Shown: positions 26,204-35,804, counted from the stretch's first letter. The stretch: 35,804 nt of DNA from Candidatus Omnitrophota bacterium (GCA_023819225.1 JAMWCZ010000004.1:1-35804), one strand, 5' to 3'. Numbers and translations are program-made. The notes: a model not told the origin generated them from the letters alone.

Positions 26204-27477
26204 TGATAACGGTTGTAGTAGGAACACAGTGGGGAGATGAAGGAAAAGGTAAGATTATTGATTATCTTGCCAAGGATGCTGATATTGTAGCAAGATATCA
26301 AGGTGGTGGAAATGCAGGCCATACTGTGGTCTTGAAAGATAAAAAGTATATCTTTCATTTAATCCCATCCGGTATTCTATATCCTGACAAGATATGTGTT
26401 ATAGGTAGTGGTGTTGTGCTTGACCCTGCATCACTTTTTGAAGAGATTGACTATCTTGAAAAAAGTGGTATTTCTGTGGACGGGCGGCTTTTCATAGCAG
26501 AAAATGCGCATATGACACTGCCATATCACAAGATACTGGACCAGATAGAAGATAAATTCCGTGGCAGGGGTGCGCTTGGAACAACAGGAAGAGGAATAGG
26601 AACAACATATGCGGATAAGTTTAACAGGATAGGTATAAGGGTTATTGACTTCCTTGAAGAAGATACCTTTATGGAAAAACTGAAGATTGCCCTTGAACTG
26701 AAAAACTATCTTTTCAGGGAATACTATAAAGAACAGATGCTCTCACCTGACAGAATTTATAAAGAAACAAAAATTTATAGAGACAGAATAAAAAAGATGG
26801 TGAAAAATATAGCCATCTATCTTAATGAAGAAATAGAAAAGGGAAAGAATATTCTTGCAGAAGGTGCACAGGGAACATTTCTTGACATTGACTTCGGTAC
26901 ATACCCCTATGTTACTGCATCAAACTGTATTGCAGGTGGTGTCTGTACTGGTTTGGGGGTCTCTCCCAAAAAAGTAAGTAGTATTATAGGAGTGGTTAAG
27001 AGTTATACTACCCGGGTAGGAATGGGCCCATTCCCTACAGAACTTAAAGGGATAGAAGGAGAAGTACTGAGAAAAACAGGAAATGAGTATGGGGCTACCA
27101 CAGGAAGACCGAGAAGGTGTGGATGGTTTGATGCCGTTCTGGTAAGGTTTGCTGCATCAGTTAATGGACTGGATGAACTTGTTATGACAAAATTAGATGT
27201 TCTTACCGGTATTGAAAAGATTAAGATAGCAGTGGCATATAAATTTGACGGTAAACTTTATAAGGATTATCCTTTAAATACAAAGGTATTTTCAAACTGT
27301 GATGTTGTATATGAAGAATTAGATGGTTGGAAAGATGATATATCAACAATTACAAGTTATAATAAACTTCCTGCTAATGCAAAAAAGTATATAGACAGAA
27401 TTGAAGAAATGATAGGAGTGCCAATAACAAAAATTTCTGTAGGGTCTTCCCGTGAACAGATGGTAATAAGAAAATGA
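26203..27477 (+). CDS. purA: Adenylosuccinate synthetase
   Basis: [54 protein letters not shown]. Confidence 0.98.
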   Translation: MITVVVGTQWGDEGKGKIIDYLAKDADIVARYQGGGNAGHTVVLKDKKYIFHLIPSGILYPDKICVIGSGVVLDPASLFEEIDYLEKSGISVDGRLFIAENAHMTLPYHKILDQIEDKFRGRGALGTTGRGIGTTYADKFNRIGIRVIDFLEEDTFMEKLKIALELKNYLFREYYKEQMLSPDRIYKETKIYRDRIKKMVKNIAIYLNEEIEKGKNILAEGAQGTFLDIDFGTYPYVTASNCIAGGVCTGLGVSPKKVSSIIGVVKSYTTRVGMGPFPTELKGIEGEVLRKTGNEYGATTGRPRRCGWFDAVLVRFAASVNGLDELVMTKLDVLTGIEKIKIAVAYKFDGKLYKDYPLNTKVFSNCDVVYEELDGWKDDISTITSYNKLPANAKKYIDRIEEMIGVPITKISVGSSREQMVIRK

Positions 27478-27493
27478 AGGGCAAGGAGAAAAA

Positions 27494-29161
27494 ATGACTG
27501 GTGCAGAGATAATGGTGGAGGCGCTTAAAAAAGAAGGGGTTGATATTATATTTGGATATCCGGGGGGCGTGCTTCTTCCTTTATGTGACAAATTATATGA
27601 TAGTGGCATAAATGTTATACTTGTTAGACATGAACAGGGAGCAGCACATGCTGCAGATGGATATGCAAGGTCTTCAGGAAGGGTGGGTGTGTGTATGGCA
27701 ACATCAGGACCTGGTGCGACAAATCTTGTTACAGGTATAGCGACTGCCTATATGGATTCTGTTCCTGTTGTAGCTATAACAGGGCAAGTAGCCACACATC
27801 TTATAGGAAGTGATGCGTTTCAGGAGGTTGATATTACAGGAATAACCAGACCCATAACAAAGCATAATTATCTTATAAAAGATGTGAAGGATATAACAAG
27901 GACTGTTAAAGAAGCATTTTATATAGCAAAATCTGGCAGACCTGGACCTGTATTGATTGACTTACCTGTGGATGTTCAGAGGGCAGAGGGGAAATTTGAA
28001 TATCCTGATGAGATTGAGATAAGAAGTTATAAACCCACATATGAAGGACATCCATTACAGATAGAAAGGGCATGGAAGGCAATTAAAGAAGCGAAGAGAC
28101 CATTGTTTCTTGTTGGCGGTGGTGTAATAAGTTCAGGGGCATCAGAACACCTGAGAAATTTTGTTGAGAAGACAGGGATACCTGTTGTTTTTACTCTTAT
28201 GGGGCTTGGTAGTATCCCCGGAGACCATCCGCTTGCCCTCGGTATGCTTGGTATGCATGGAACAAAATATGCCAATTATGCTGTTGTTGAGTCAGACCTT
28301 TTGATTGCTGTGGGGTGCAGATTTGATGATAGAATAACCGGTAAGATTGAAACATTTGCACCCCATGCAAAAATTATCCATATTGATATAGACCCATCAT
28401 CCATAAGTAAAAATATAGTGGTAGATATTCCAATAGTTGGCGATGCAAAAAATATTCTGAGTAAACTTGTTGAAAATGCAGAGAAACTTCACATAGAAGC
28501 ATGGGTTAAAAAAATAATGGACTGGAAGGAGAAACATCCACTTACTTATGAAAAGAATGGGTTGAAGCCCCAGTATATTATAGAGAAACTTTCTGGAATG
28601 CTTCCAGATGATGCTATTATATGCACTGAAGTTGGACAAAACCAGATGTGGACTGCTCAGTATTATAAGTTCAGAAAGCCAAGGACGCTTGTAACATCCG
28701 GTGGACTTGGAACTATGGGGTTTGGTTTTCCTGCTGCAATTGGTACCCAGGTAGCAAATCCAGATAAGATAGTGTTGGATATAGCAGGTGATGGTAGTAT
28801 CCAGATGAATATACAGGAACTTGCCACTGCTGTTTATAACAAACTGCCTGTAAAAATTATTATTCTGAATAACCGTTGTCTTGGTATGGTAAGACAGTGG
28901 CAGCAGTTGTTTTATAAAAAAAGATATGCTTTTACCTGCCTTGAAGATGCAGAGCCGGACTTTGTAAAACTTGCTGATGCATATGGTGCTATTGGATACA
29001 GGGTTAATTCAACTGAAGAGTTTGATAAAATTATTCCCAAGGTGCTTAAAGAGAAGGAAAAGCCGGTACTTGTGGATTGCTGGATATGTGAAGAGGAGAA
29101 TGTGTTTCCTATGGTTCCTGCAGGCGCTTCATTAGACCAGATGCTTGAGGGCCTGGCTTAA
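27494..29161 (+). CDS. ilvB: Acetolactate synthase large subunit
   Basis: [46 protein letters not shown] motif [15 protein letters not shown]. Confidence 0.97.
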   Translation: MTGAEIMVEALKKEGVDIIFGYPGGVLLPLCDKLYDSGINVILVRHEQGAAHAADGYARSSGRVGVCMATSGPGATNLVTGIATAYMDSVPVVAITGQVATHLIGSDAFQEVDITGITRPITKHNYLIKDVKDITRTVKEAFYIAKSGRPGPVLIDLPVDVQRAEGKFEYPDEIEIRSYKPTYEGHPLQIERAWKAIKEAKRPLFLVGGGVISSGASEHLRNFVEKTGIPVVFTLMGLGSIPGDHPLALGMLGMHGTKYANYAVVESDLLIAVGCRFDDRITGKIETFAPHAKIIHIDIDPSSISKNIVVDIPIVGDAKNILSKLVENAEKLHIEAWVKKIMDWKEKHPLTYEKNGLKPQYIIEKLSGMLPDDAIICTEVGQNQMWTAQYYKFRKPRTLVTSGGLGTMGFGFPAAIGTQVANPDKIVLDIAGDGSIQMNIQELATAVYNKLPVKIIILNNRCLGMVRQWQQLFYKKRYAFTCLEDAEPDFVKLADAYGAIGYRVNSTEEFDKIIPKVLKEKEKPVLVDCWICEEENVFPMVPAGASLDQMLEGLA

Positions 29162-29181
29162 TAAGCCCAAAGGAGAGATAT

Positions 29182-29700
29182 ATGGTAGAAAACGGTGAAA
29201 AAGAGCAGAAGGCACATACAATAGTCATAGCGGTTGAGAATAAGTCAGGTGTGCTTGCCAGAATTGCAGGTCTTTTCTCTGCAAGGGGCTATAACATAGA
29301 CAGTTTATGTGTTTCTGAGACAGAAGACCCATCTATTTCCAAGATGACGCTTACAGTAAAGGGTGATGAACGGATACTTGAGCAGATTTATAAACAACTC
29401 AACAAACTTATTGATGTAATAAAAGTGTTTGACCTGACAGAGGGAGATTTTATTGACAGGGAACTTGCACTTGTGAAGGTAAAAACGCTTAACGCTGCTG
29501 CAAGACAGGATATAATGCAGATAGCAAGTATTTTCAGAGCAAAGGTTGTGGATATAGGCAGACAATCTCTTACCCTTGAAGTTGCGGGAAAGACATCCAA
29601 AGTAAATGCAATGATAGAGATGCTGAAAAGTTACGGTATAAAAGAGATGATAAAAACCGGCAAAATTGCTATGGCAAGGGAATTTAACCAAAAAAAATAA
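29182..29700 (+). CDS. ilvN: Acetolactate synthase small (ACT) subunit
   Basis: VENKSGVLARIAGLFSARGYNIDSL, QLNKLIDV, RELALVKV. Confidence 0.96.
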   Translation: MVENGEKEQKAHTIVIAVENKSGVLARIAGLFSARGYNIDSLCVSETEDPSISKMTLTVKGDERILEQIYKQLNKLIDVIKVFDLTEGDFIDRELALVKVKTLNAAARQDIMQIASIFRAKVVDIGRQSLTLEVAGKTSKVNAMIEMLKSYGIKEMIKTGKIAMAREFNQKK

Positions 29701-29724
29701 TCTTATAAATAAAGGAGGAAAGAT

Positions 29725-30723
29725 ATGGCGGCGAAAATATATTATGAAAAAGACGCAGATATAAATTTTTTCAAAGGGAAGAAGGTGGGAATTATCGGTT
29801 ATGGGAGCCAGGGCAGGGCACATGCATTAAACCTCAAGGATAGTGGTGTAGAAGTTCTTGTAAGTGAATTAGAAGGGACATCCAATTACAAAAAGGCGTT
29901 GGACGATGGATTTAAACCGCTTTCTGCTGCTGAAGTCACAAAAAAGAGTGATGCGATAATGATGCTGGTTCAGGATAATGCGCAGCCCTTTGTTTATAGA
30001 GAATTCATTGCCCCCAATCTTTCAGAAGGTAAAGCCCTGGGATTTGCACATGGTTTCTCTATCCATTTTCACCAGATAGTCCCTCCTTCCAACATTGATG
30101 TATATATGGTTGCTCCCAAAGGGCCCGGGGACCTTGTAAGAGACCAGTTTATACAGGGCAAAGGGGTTCCTTGTATAGTTGCTGTTCAGCAAAACTACAC
30201 AGGCAACGCTATGAAACTCGCACTTGCCTATGCTAAGGGGCTCGGTGGAACACGTTGCGGTGTTGTAGAAACCACATTTAAGGAAGAGACAGAGACAGAC
30301 CTTTTTGGAGAGCAGGTAGTGCTGTGTGGAGGAGCAACACAACTTATAAAATATGCATTTGAAACACTGGTAGAGGCAGGATATCAGCCAGAGGTTGCAT
30401 ACTATGAAACCTGTCATGAACTTAAACTTATAGTGGACCTTATCATTGAAAGGGGTATACAGGGTATGAGACAGGTTATCAGTGATACAGCAGAGTATGG
30501 GGATATGACCAGAGGCCCTGTTGTTATAGATGAAGGTGTAAAAGAAAATATGAAACAGGTCCTTGCGGATATACAGAGTGGTGCCTTTGCGAGAGAATGG
30601 ATTGTTGAAAATACTGTCGGTAGGCCTGTATACAATGCGCTAAAGAAACAGGCAGAACAGCATCTCATAGAAGAAGTCGGTAAAAAGATGCGGGATATGA
30701 TGCCCTGGCTGAAGAAGAAATAA
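29725..30723 (+). CDS. ilvC: Ketol-acid reductoisomerase
   Basis: [54 protein letters not shown]. Confidence 0.98.
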   Translation: MAAKIYYEKDADINFFKGKKVGIIGYGSQGRAHALNLKDSGVEVLVSELEGTSNYKKALDDGFKPLSAAEVTKKSDAIMMLVQDNAQPFVYREFIAPNLSEGKALGFAHGFSIHFHQIVPPSNIDVYMVAPKGPGDLVRDQFIQGKGVPCIVAVQQNYTGNAMKLALAYAKGLGGTRCGVVETTFKEETETDLFGEQVVLCGGATQLIKYAFETLVEAGYQPEVAYYETCHELKLIVDLIIERGIQGMRQVISDTAEYGDMTRGPVVIDEGVKENMKQVLADIQSGAFAREWIVENTVGRPVYNALKKQAEQHLIEEVGKKMRDMMPWLKKK

Positions 30724-30730
30724 CTGGAAT

Positions 30731-30762
30731 TTCCTTCTCCTCAGGGGAGATAAGCAGGGTGG
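30731..30762. repeat. Degenerate REP-like hairpin between ilvC and thpR
   Basis: TCTCC-TCAGG-GGAGA followed by AGGGTGG; resembles the units at 3070 and 8211. Confidence 0.4.
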
Positions 30763-30769
30763 ATTAAAA

Positions 30770-31327
30770 GTGCGTCTATTTATAGGAATTAGAATTCCTG
30801 ATGAGATAAAGAAAAAGATAGAAGAGACAGTTGTTTCTGACATCAGAAAGAAGATAAGAGAAGCACGGATAATCCCATCTGAAAATCTGCACCTTACTTT
30901 GAAATTTATCGGAGAGACATCAGAAAATAATATCCCTTATATTGAAAAAATCATCTCTTCTTCAGTGGAAAACTTTTTACCGATAAAAGCAATTATAAAA
31001 GGTACCGGTGTTTTCCCTGATAATAAAAGTGCGAGGGTCTTCTGGATAGGCATGGACTCTCAAGGTACTTTAAAAAAACTCAACAACATCATTGAAACCG
31101 AACTTGATAAGACAGGGATAAGCAAAAAAGAAGGCAGGTTTAAAGAGCATATAACCATAGCCAGATTTAAGTCAGTTCCTAAACTCTCTTCCCTGGGAGA
31201 AATTCTTGAGAGATATAGCGATGAGGTCTTCGGAACGATGGATATAATAGAAATTGAACTTATCAAAAGCGACCTGAAAAGTTCTGGAGCGATGTACACT
31301 ACCATTTTTAAAACACCGAGAAAATAA
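30770..31327 (+). CDS. thpR: RNA 2',3'-cyclic phosphodiesterase (2H phosphoesterase)
   Basis: MRLFIGI; two HxT motifs HLTLKF and HITIARF; GVFP...RVFW. Confidence 0.92.
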   Translation: MRLFIGIRIPDEIKKKIEETVVSDIRKKIREARIIPSENLHLTLKFIGETSENNIPYIEKIISSSVENFLPIKAIIKGTGVFPDNKSARVFWIGMDSQGTLKKLNNIIETELDKTGISKKEGRFKEHITIARFKSVPKLSSLGEILERYSDEVFGTMDIIEIELIKSDLKSSGAMYTTIFKTPRK

Positions 31328-31342
31328 AAGAGAGGAAGGGAT

Positions 31343-32077
31343 ATGAACAAAGAGAGAATAAATAAAGAAAAAAGATTGTTTGTACCAAAAGAAGTGGTTG
31401 CTACATATACAAAGACGCCGGTTATTATAGATGGTAAACTTGATGACTATGCATGGAAGAAGGCGGTTCGTTATAAATTGTCTCTGAGCAGAGACAGGAA
31501 ACCTGATATTCCACAGGAAGGTGGTGAAGTGATGCTAACGTGGGACGATGAACATCTATATATAGGGGCATATCTTATTGATTCTGATATAGTCCAGAAA
31601 GGGGATGAAGACCAGATGCACTTTTATACTACGGGTGATGTACTTGAAGTTTTTCTTAAACCGGATATAGAAGAATGGTACTGGGAACTCTATGGAACAC
31701 CAAATAACAAAAAAACCGTCTTCTGGTTCCCTTCCCGTAAATTTCTGGGTATCTTCCGTAATATGGACAAATGGATGAAGGATATGGTTGATATGAAGGT
31801 GGCAGCACAGATAGAAGGTACATTGAATAACAGTAATGATAAGGATAGATACTGGACGATAGAGATATCTCTGCCTGTGAGGAATATTGCCCCATGGTAT
31901 ATGTTTACTCCGAGGCAGGAATATTACTTCGGTCCGGGTTCTGAATGGAGGATACTCATTTCCAGATATAATTACTCAAGGTATCTTGAAAAAGAAGAAT
32001 TAAGTATGTTTCCGCAGTTATCACAGACAAACTTCCATTTTCTTGAAGAGTACGGAGTCATCCGTTTTAAAAGATAG
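31343..32077 (+). CDS. Carbohydrate-binding family 9-like (DOMON) protein, no obvious signal peptide
   Basis: PVIIDGKLDDYAW, LTWDDEHLYI, GDVLEVF, WTIEISLP. Confidence 0.8.
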   Translation: MNKERINKEKRLFVPKEVVATYTKTPVIIDGKLDDYAWKKAVRYKLSLSRDRKPDIPQEGGEVMLTWDDEHLYIGAYLIDSDIVQKGDEDQMHFYTTGDVLEVFLKPDIEEWYWELYGTPNNKKTVFWFPSRKFLGIFRNMDKWMKDMVDMKVAAQIEGTLNNSNDKDRYWTIEISLPVRNIAPWYMFTPRQEYYFGPGSEWRILISRYNYSRYLEKEELSMFPQLSQTNFHFLEEYGVIRFKR

Positions 32078-32082
32078 GTTTG

Positions 32083-33249
32083 CTAATTTTCAAAAGATTG
32101 AAGTGCCGATTTTAACACTTGAAGGTATGAAGTTCCATATTTTCTTTCAGGTAGTAGATACATTCCTTCTGTCCACTCGTTCCATGCGTTAATAAAGATA
32201 GCCCGCGGTTCTCTGTTTTTACGGCTCTGGTTTATAGCTGCTTTGCAGAGTTCTTCAAATTTTTCAGGTGTATTACCTGTAACGATAGGTTCGTAATGCA
32301 GTTTTTTAAAGTCAAAGGGCAGTTTCACTCCTCTATGCCATCTTGGTGTTACATCACATCCAAAGGTAATCACAGGAAAATGGATAAGACCTTTTTCTTC
32401 TATTTTTCCCCATGAGTATTTATGAGAGGCAATGACATTTTCATATGGTACAACGGGCATTAATTCCGGAAGAGAAAGATAATCAGGTGTCCTTACAATA
32501 TTATATGCAAATATCGCTGAAAAACCAAGTGCTTCGGCATCAGGAATTCTGTCCCATCCACAGCAATATATATTATCTTCACAGCAACCGATATTTGCAA
32601 CAAACCAGATTCCGGGAAATCCCCATTTCTTTGCACAATCATTCATTCTTTGAAGAGATTCTTTAGCTCTTTCCTTTCCACCCAAAAGTGTGGTAAATGT
32701 GGATATATCGTAGATGATAAAAACAGGCATTCCATTTATCTTCCAGTAATTTTCTTTTAGAAAATAATTTTCACAACAGTAATTACAGGCATCTTCTGTA
32801 TCTGCAATCCAATGTCTTATCGGCAGCCATATATGCTGTCCTGCCATTCCTGGAATACCTGTGACTGCAGGCCAGGCGCCCCAGGTATGATTAGCCCACA
32901 TTACACAGAACTTTAACCGTTTAGAGTTATCCGCCTTCAAAAAACCTTTTTCAAGTGCATTTGAGAGAAATCTTACTCCGCTATACCAGTACCAGTCAAA
33001 CATAAAAACAGTAATACCGTGGTCGGCAGCAAGGTCAATCTGTTTTTCTGCCCATAAGGGATTGCTCTCATCAAAGTATCCCCATTCAGGAACCTTTGGT
33101 TGATGATGTTTTTCAAACAATGGTTTTGCAGTTTTTACCAGTTCCCACTCTGTAAATCCCTTTCCATACCATGACTGGTAATGGGCATCAGGATGCCAGC
33201 TTGGGAAATAGATAACGACAACCTCTCCTTTGTAATTTTTATCTACCAT
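32083..33249 (-). CDS. GH99-like/WbsX-family glycoside hydrolase domain protein
   Basis: YFPSWH, GFTEWELVK.AKP, QIDLAADHGI..F.FDWYW, MWANH, INAWNEWTEG.YLLP. Confidence 0.85.
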   Translation of the reverse strand: MVDKNYKGEVVVIYFPSWHPDAHYQSWYGKGFTEWELVKTAKPLFEKHHQPKVPEWGYFDESNPLWAEKQIDLAADHGITVFMFDWYWYSGVRFLSNALEKGFLKADNSKRLKFCVMWANHTWGAWPAVTGIPGMAGQHIWLPIRHWIADTEDACNYCCENYFLKENYWKINGMPVFIIYDISTFTTLLGGKERAKESLQRMNDCAKKWGFPGIWFVANIGCCEDNIYCCGWDRIPDAEALGFSAIFAYNIVRTPDYLSLPELMPVVPYENVIASHKYSWGKIEEKGLIHFPVITFGCDVTPRWHRGVKLPFDFKKLHYEPIVTGNTPEKFEELCKAAINQSRKNREPRAIFINAWNEWTEGMYLLPERKYGTSYLQVLKSALQSFEN

Positions 33250-33264
33250 CTATCACCCCTTTAT

Positions 33265-34257
33265 TCAAAAAAGCCTGATAGAAACAGGTATTCCATTTTT
33301 TGCTGATTCTATAGATGTAAATACCATAGATAAACTGTAAAGATTATCCTTCCCACTTGTCTCTGGCTCTCTATTTTCCTTTAAGGCACAGTAAAACTCA
33401 TACAGGGAAAGGTATCTATCCTCTCTTTCCATTTTTATTGGCTCAATTTCTTCTGTTTTTCCATTTGATATAAAGTATATCCTGCCATTCTTCCATACAA
33501 TAGAACCTTTTTCTCCATATATTTCCCAGTCTCCATCCCATGATGTCTCTCTTCCTGTACTTACCCAGCTACCGGAATATGAAACCTGGATGTTATTGTT
33601 AAATTCAATTGAGAGATTAACAGATGCATCTCTTTTAAACCAGCTCCAGTAGGGATTCCAACTTTTTGCGTATAGAGATACAGGATTTTCTCCTGTGATA
33701 TACCTCATCAGGTCAAAGTGATGGATTGCCATATCAATTAAAAGGGGATATTCCATCTCTTCCCTGAAGCCACCAAAATGAGGTCCTTTCTGAAAATTTA
33801 TTGTTGCATAACCTATCCTACCAATAATACCATTTTCAATAACATTTCTTATAGTTCTTGGTTGATTTCTGTATCTATAATTCTGACTCACCATAAGTTT
33901 TTTACCTTTCTTTTCAGCATAGGAGACCATATCCTGTGCATCTCTTATATTATTTGAGAGAGGTTTCTCTACAATGACATTCAACCCTGCATCAAAAGCA
34001 AGCAAAGAGACATTTTTATGAAACTGTGGTGGTGTAGCATTCATCAATGCAGAAGGGTCTGTTTTTTTAATAGCTTCTTCTATGGATGTGAAACACTTTT
34101 CTTCTGGAATATTGTATTCATGTGCCACTGATTGAAGAGTTTCTCTATTTATATCCACTATACCAGCCAGTTCCCATTCCGGAGATTTTTTTATAATCTC
34201 AATCCAGCTTTTTCCAAAGTTTCCGGTCCCGACCTGCAAAATTTTTATCTTTCCCAT
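33265..34257 (-). CDS. Gfo/Idh/MocA-family NAD-dependent (sugar) oxidoreductase
   Basis: VGTGNFG, ATPPQFH, VEKPL, SQNYRY, DMAIHHFDL. Start is ATG 34257 or GTG 34272. Confidence 0.9.
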   Translation of the reverse strand: MGKIKILQVGTGNFGKSWIEIIKKSPEWELAGIVDINRETLQSVAHEYNIPEEKCFTSIEEAIKKTDPSALMNATPPQFHKNVSLLAFDAGLNVIVEKPLSNNIRDAQDMVSYAEKKGKKLMVSQNYRYRNQPRTIRNVIENGIIGRIGYATINFQKGPHFGGFREEMEYPLLIDMAIHHFDLMRYITGENPVSLYAKSWNPYWSWFKRDASVNLSIEFNNNIQVSYSGSWVSTGRETSWDGDWEIYGEKGSIVWKNGRIYFISNGKTEEIEPIKMEREDRYLSLYEFYCALKENREPETSGKDNLYSLSMVFTSIESAKNGIPVSIRLF

Positions 34258-34266
34258 TTTCTTTTT

Positions 34267-34370
34267 CCTCACCCCTTGCGACAGTCCGCCACTGTCTCAG
34301 TGATGAAAGAGAAGAGGGTGCAGGGTGAGGGTGTGACCTTTCCTGTGCCCCCCACCCTACCTTTATCCTC
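34267..34370. repeat. REP-like nested hairpins in the 5' region of the oxidoreductase
   Basis: Outer arms CCTCACCC (34267-34274) and GGGTGAGG (34323-34330); inner GACAGT-CCGCC-ACTGTC (34280-34296); another CCCACCCT unit at about 34350. Confidence 0.6.
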
Positions 34371-34436
34371 ATGCCTAAGGTATCTCAAATTCTGTAAATA
34401 AAATTCTATTGTTAATAGAACCGATAAAACGATAAT

Positions 34437-34635
34437 TCAACCTTTGATGTTGAACTTTTCAACGATTTTTATCTCCTCTTCTACTAGATTATAAAGTTTA
34501 TAAACAAGATGGTCAATCCCGTTAGATGTGAAACTATCTAACGGGGTCAATCTGATGTTTGTAATCTTTAACTTGGGCTTGTTTTTGGGGATTTTGTAGA
34601 TAATAATCGTCTTTTGTGATGGCAAGGATTTTATT
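34437..34635 (-). pseudogene. C-terminal remnant of a type IIG (Eco57I-like) restriction-modification enzyme
   Basis: Removing a 34-bp insert restores NKILAITKDDYYLQNPQKQAQVKDYKHQIDHLVYKLYNLVEEEIKIVE, the typical ID.LVY.LY.L..EEI.IVE tail. No in-frame start was found. Confidence 0.75.
34511..34552. mobile_element. 34-bp palindromic insertion flanked by 8-bp direct repeats
   Basis: GGTCAATC at 34511-34518 and 34545-34552; perfect stem CCCGTTAGAT-GTGAAACT-ATCTAACGGG at 34518-34545. Confidence 0.8.
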
Positions 34636-34678
34636 CGACTTTAAAATGCTAAATTCATAGAAAAATTCTTCCTTTGGG

Positions 34679-35026
34679 TTATGTGTAATAATTTTCTATC
34701 CGTTCTTTATTGCAGTCACGGTCCTCCTTTTCTTTATAATATATTTCTATAAATTCAATTTTGTCCTCATTCGGTAAATACGCATAAACTATTCTTATGC
34801 CACTATGACTTCCTTTGCCTTTCATATCTTTACATCTAAAATGTTTTACTTTATATATCTCAGTTTTAACTCCTAAACCGCTTATTCTAACAATACCGGG
34901 TGGATATCCACGAGGCACTTGTTGTAGAACATTTTTTAATCTTTCTAAATCACTTTTTAAGCTTGGCCATTTTTTGAGTAAGCCATCAAATTCTTTTTTA
35001 AATTCTGAATGAGAAACGAATTCCAT
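34679..35026 (-). CDS. RelE/HigB-like type II toxin (putative mRNA interferase)
   Basis: 115-aa basic protein, EFKKEF..L.KK..SL..DL, IYKV..FRC, GKGSHSGIRIVYAY, FIEIYYK; lies directly downstream of the DUF4065 gene. Confidence 0.7.
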   Translation of the reverse strand: MEFVSHSEFKKEFDGLLKKWPSLKSDLERLKNVLQQVPRGYPPGIVRISGLGVKTEIYKVKHFRCKDMKGKGSHSGIRIVYAYLPNEDKIEFIEIYYKEKEDRDCNKERIENYYT

Positions 35027-35032
35027 AAAACT

Positions 35033-35794
35033 TTATTTTTCTGGATAACTTCTTATAGAATAAGGCGGGGTCCTGTAAAAAACAAGTTCGTAATCAATAA
35101 CTTCTCTATCGTTTGTCGCTTTCCATGGAATATCTTCATGTGAATAGTCACTAATAGTTTTTGCATCTAATGATGCTAAAGTTTCTATAACCCTATCAAT
35201 AATTTCTTTCTGTTTAGCAGTCAATTTACTTAAATCTGGTTCAATTAGTGGTAAGTATTTTGTTTGAGGTTGATTATAGTATTCAGTTGGAACCTCTTTT
35301 ATTTGCTTTTCTTTTTTCATTTCTTCAATTATATCTTCAAATTCACAAGGAGCAGGACCATAAGTTATTTTTCTATATGAAGCACCTGTAAGTGGTTCTT
35401 CATACAACTCATAGTAATTGAAATCACAAAAATAAAGTAGTTTATACAAAACTGTTTTTCCCACATTTGGTCTTGCACCACATTTCTCTAAGATATAAAG
35501 TAGCACCTGTTTAAATATTTCTTTATTAAAATATGGTGATTTGCCTTTATGTTTTGATTTTGCCATCTTCTTTTTTGCCTCATCCGGGTTCATTAAATCC
35601 TCCATAGGCACTTCAAATATCTGTGATAATTTATCAAGTTCAGAAGCACTAATTTCCCTCTGGCCAGATTCAATCTGTGAAATAGAAGGTCGTGGGATAC
35701 CTAACTTTTTAGCTAATTCTTCTTGGGTTAAATTAAACTTCGTCCGCAACTTTTTTATCTTTCCCCCAATTATTGAATTCAAATTCTTACGCAT
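35033..35794 (-). CDS. XRE-type HTH fused to a DUF4065 (Panacea/SocA-like) antitoxin domain
   Basis: IKKLR...LTQEELAKKLGI.R.SISQIESG.R HTH; KTVLYKLLYFCDF, YGPAP and SDYSHEDIPW are DUF4065 motifs. Confidence 0.85.
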   Translation of the reverse strand: MRKNLNSIIGGKIKKLRTKFNLTQEELAKKLGIPRPSISQIESGQREISASELDKLSQIFEVPMEDLMNPDEAKKKMAKSKHKGKSPYFNKEIFKQVLLYILEKCGARPNVGKTVLYKLLYFCDFNYYELYEEPLTGASYRKITYGPAPCEFEDIIEEMKKEKQIKEVPTEYYNQPQTKYLPLIEPDLSKLTAKQKEIIDRVIETLASLDAKTISDYSHEDIPWKATNDREVIDYELVFYRTPPYSIRSYPEK

Positions 35795-35804
35795 CTTTCC
35801 CCCT

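Noticed and set aside
325-32085. Genome-wide TAG recoding
   Set aside because: TAG acts as a normal stop for the MerR, CBM9-like and GH99-like genes, and long genes have no internal TAG.
34277-34300. Cobalamin riboswitch suggested by CCGCCACTGT
   Set aside because: The other conserved elements (GGGAA..GGTG.AA.TCC and the B12 box) are missing, the motif faces away from the adjacent gene and it is explained by a simple hairpin.
1067-34401. Numerous short ORFs (60-170 aa) in the ORF track antisense to or overlapping clear genes, e.g. 4323-4697, 29305-29823, 30022-30417
   Set aside because: They are shadow frames of well-supported genes, with no motifs or SD.
34404-34420. Palindrome TTCTATT-GTT-AATAGAA as an operator or terminator
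   Set aside because: AT-rich 7-bp arms in AT-rich DNA with no second copy; cannot be distinguished from chance.
34437-34625. 62-aa ORF as an intact small protein
   Set aside because: It is a chimera: its first half is the wrong frame created by the 34-bp insertion, and only the tail is R-M-derived.

Overview
AT-rich bacterial chromosomal segment. The gene content (corrinoid protein, URO-D-family paralogs, DUF1559-type prepilin, large LamG glycan proteins, A/V-type ATPase) suggests an uncultured anaerobe of PVC/Omnitrophota-like type; this is inference only. From left to right: (1) a minus-strand operon of corrinoid protein-plsY-gpsA-MerR-purN (purN runs off the window); (2) tRNA-Val(TAC), an archaeal-type dnaK and an FAH-family gene; (3) an isolated V/A-ATPase B-D pair; (4) a REP-like hairpin mosaic; (5) an ABC exporter with a Zn-ribbon N-extension; (6) a prepilin-like gene converging on an eroding glycan-degradation operon (1329-aa LamG protein, small LamG protein, GH95-like and GH106-like pseudogenes, alpha/beta hydrolase); (7) a C45 peptidase and an internally deleted IS; (8) two URO-D-family genes plus DUF1854; (9) leuD-like, icd-like, purA, ilvB, ilvN, ilvC, thpR and CBM9-like genes; (10) GH99-like and Gfo/Idh/MocA genes; (11) a defence-like end with a type IIG R-M remnant broken by a 34-bp palindromic insertion, and an HTH-Panacea(DUF4065)/RelE-like toxin-antitoxin pair. 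Recurring non-coding signals are sigma70-like promoters with 16-bp spacers, probable leaderless mRNAs and several short palindrome families. No CRISPR, rRNA, prophage or intact transposase was seen. All family assignments come from motif recognition, not database searches.
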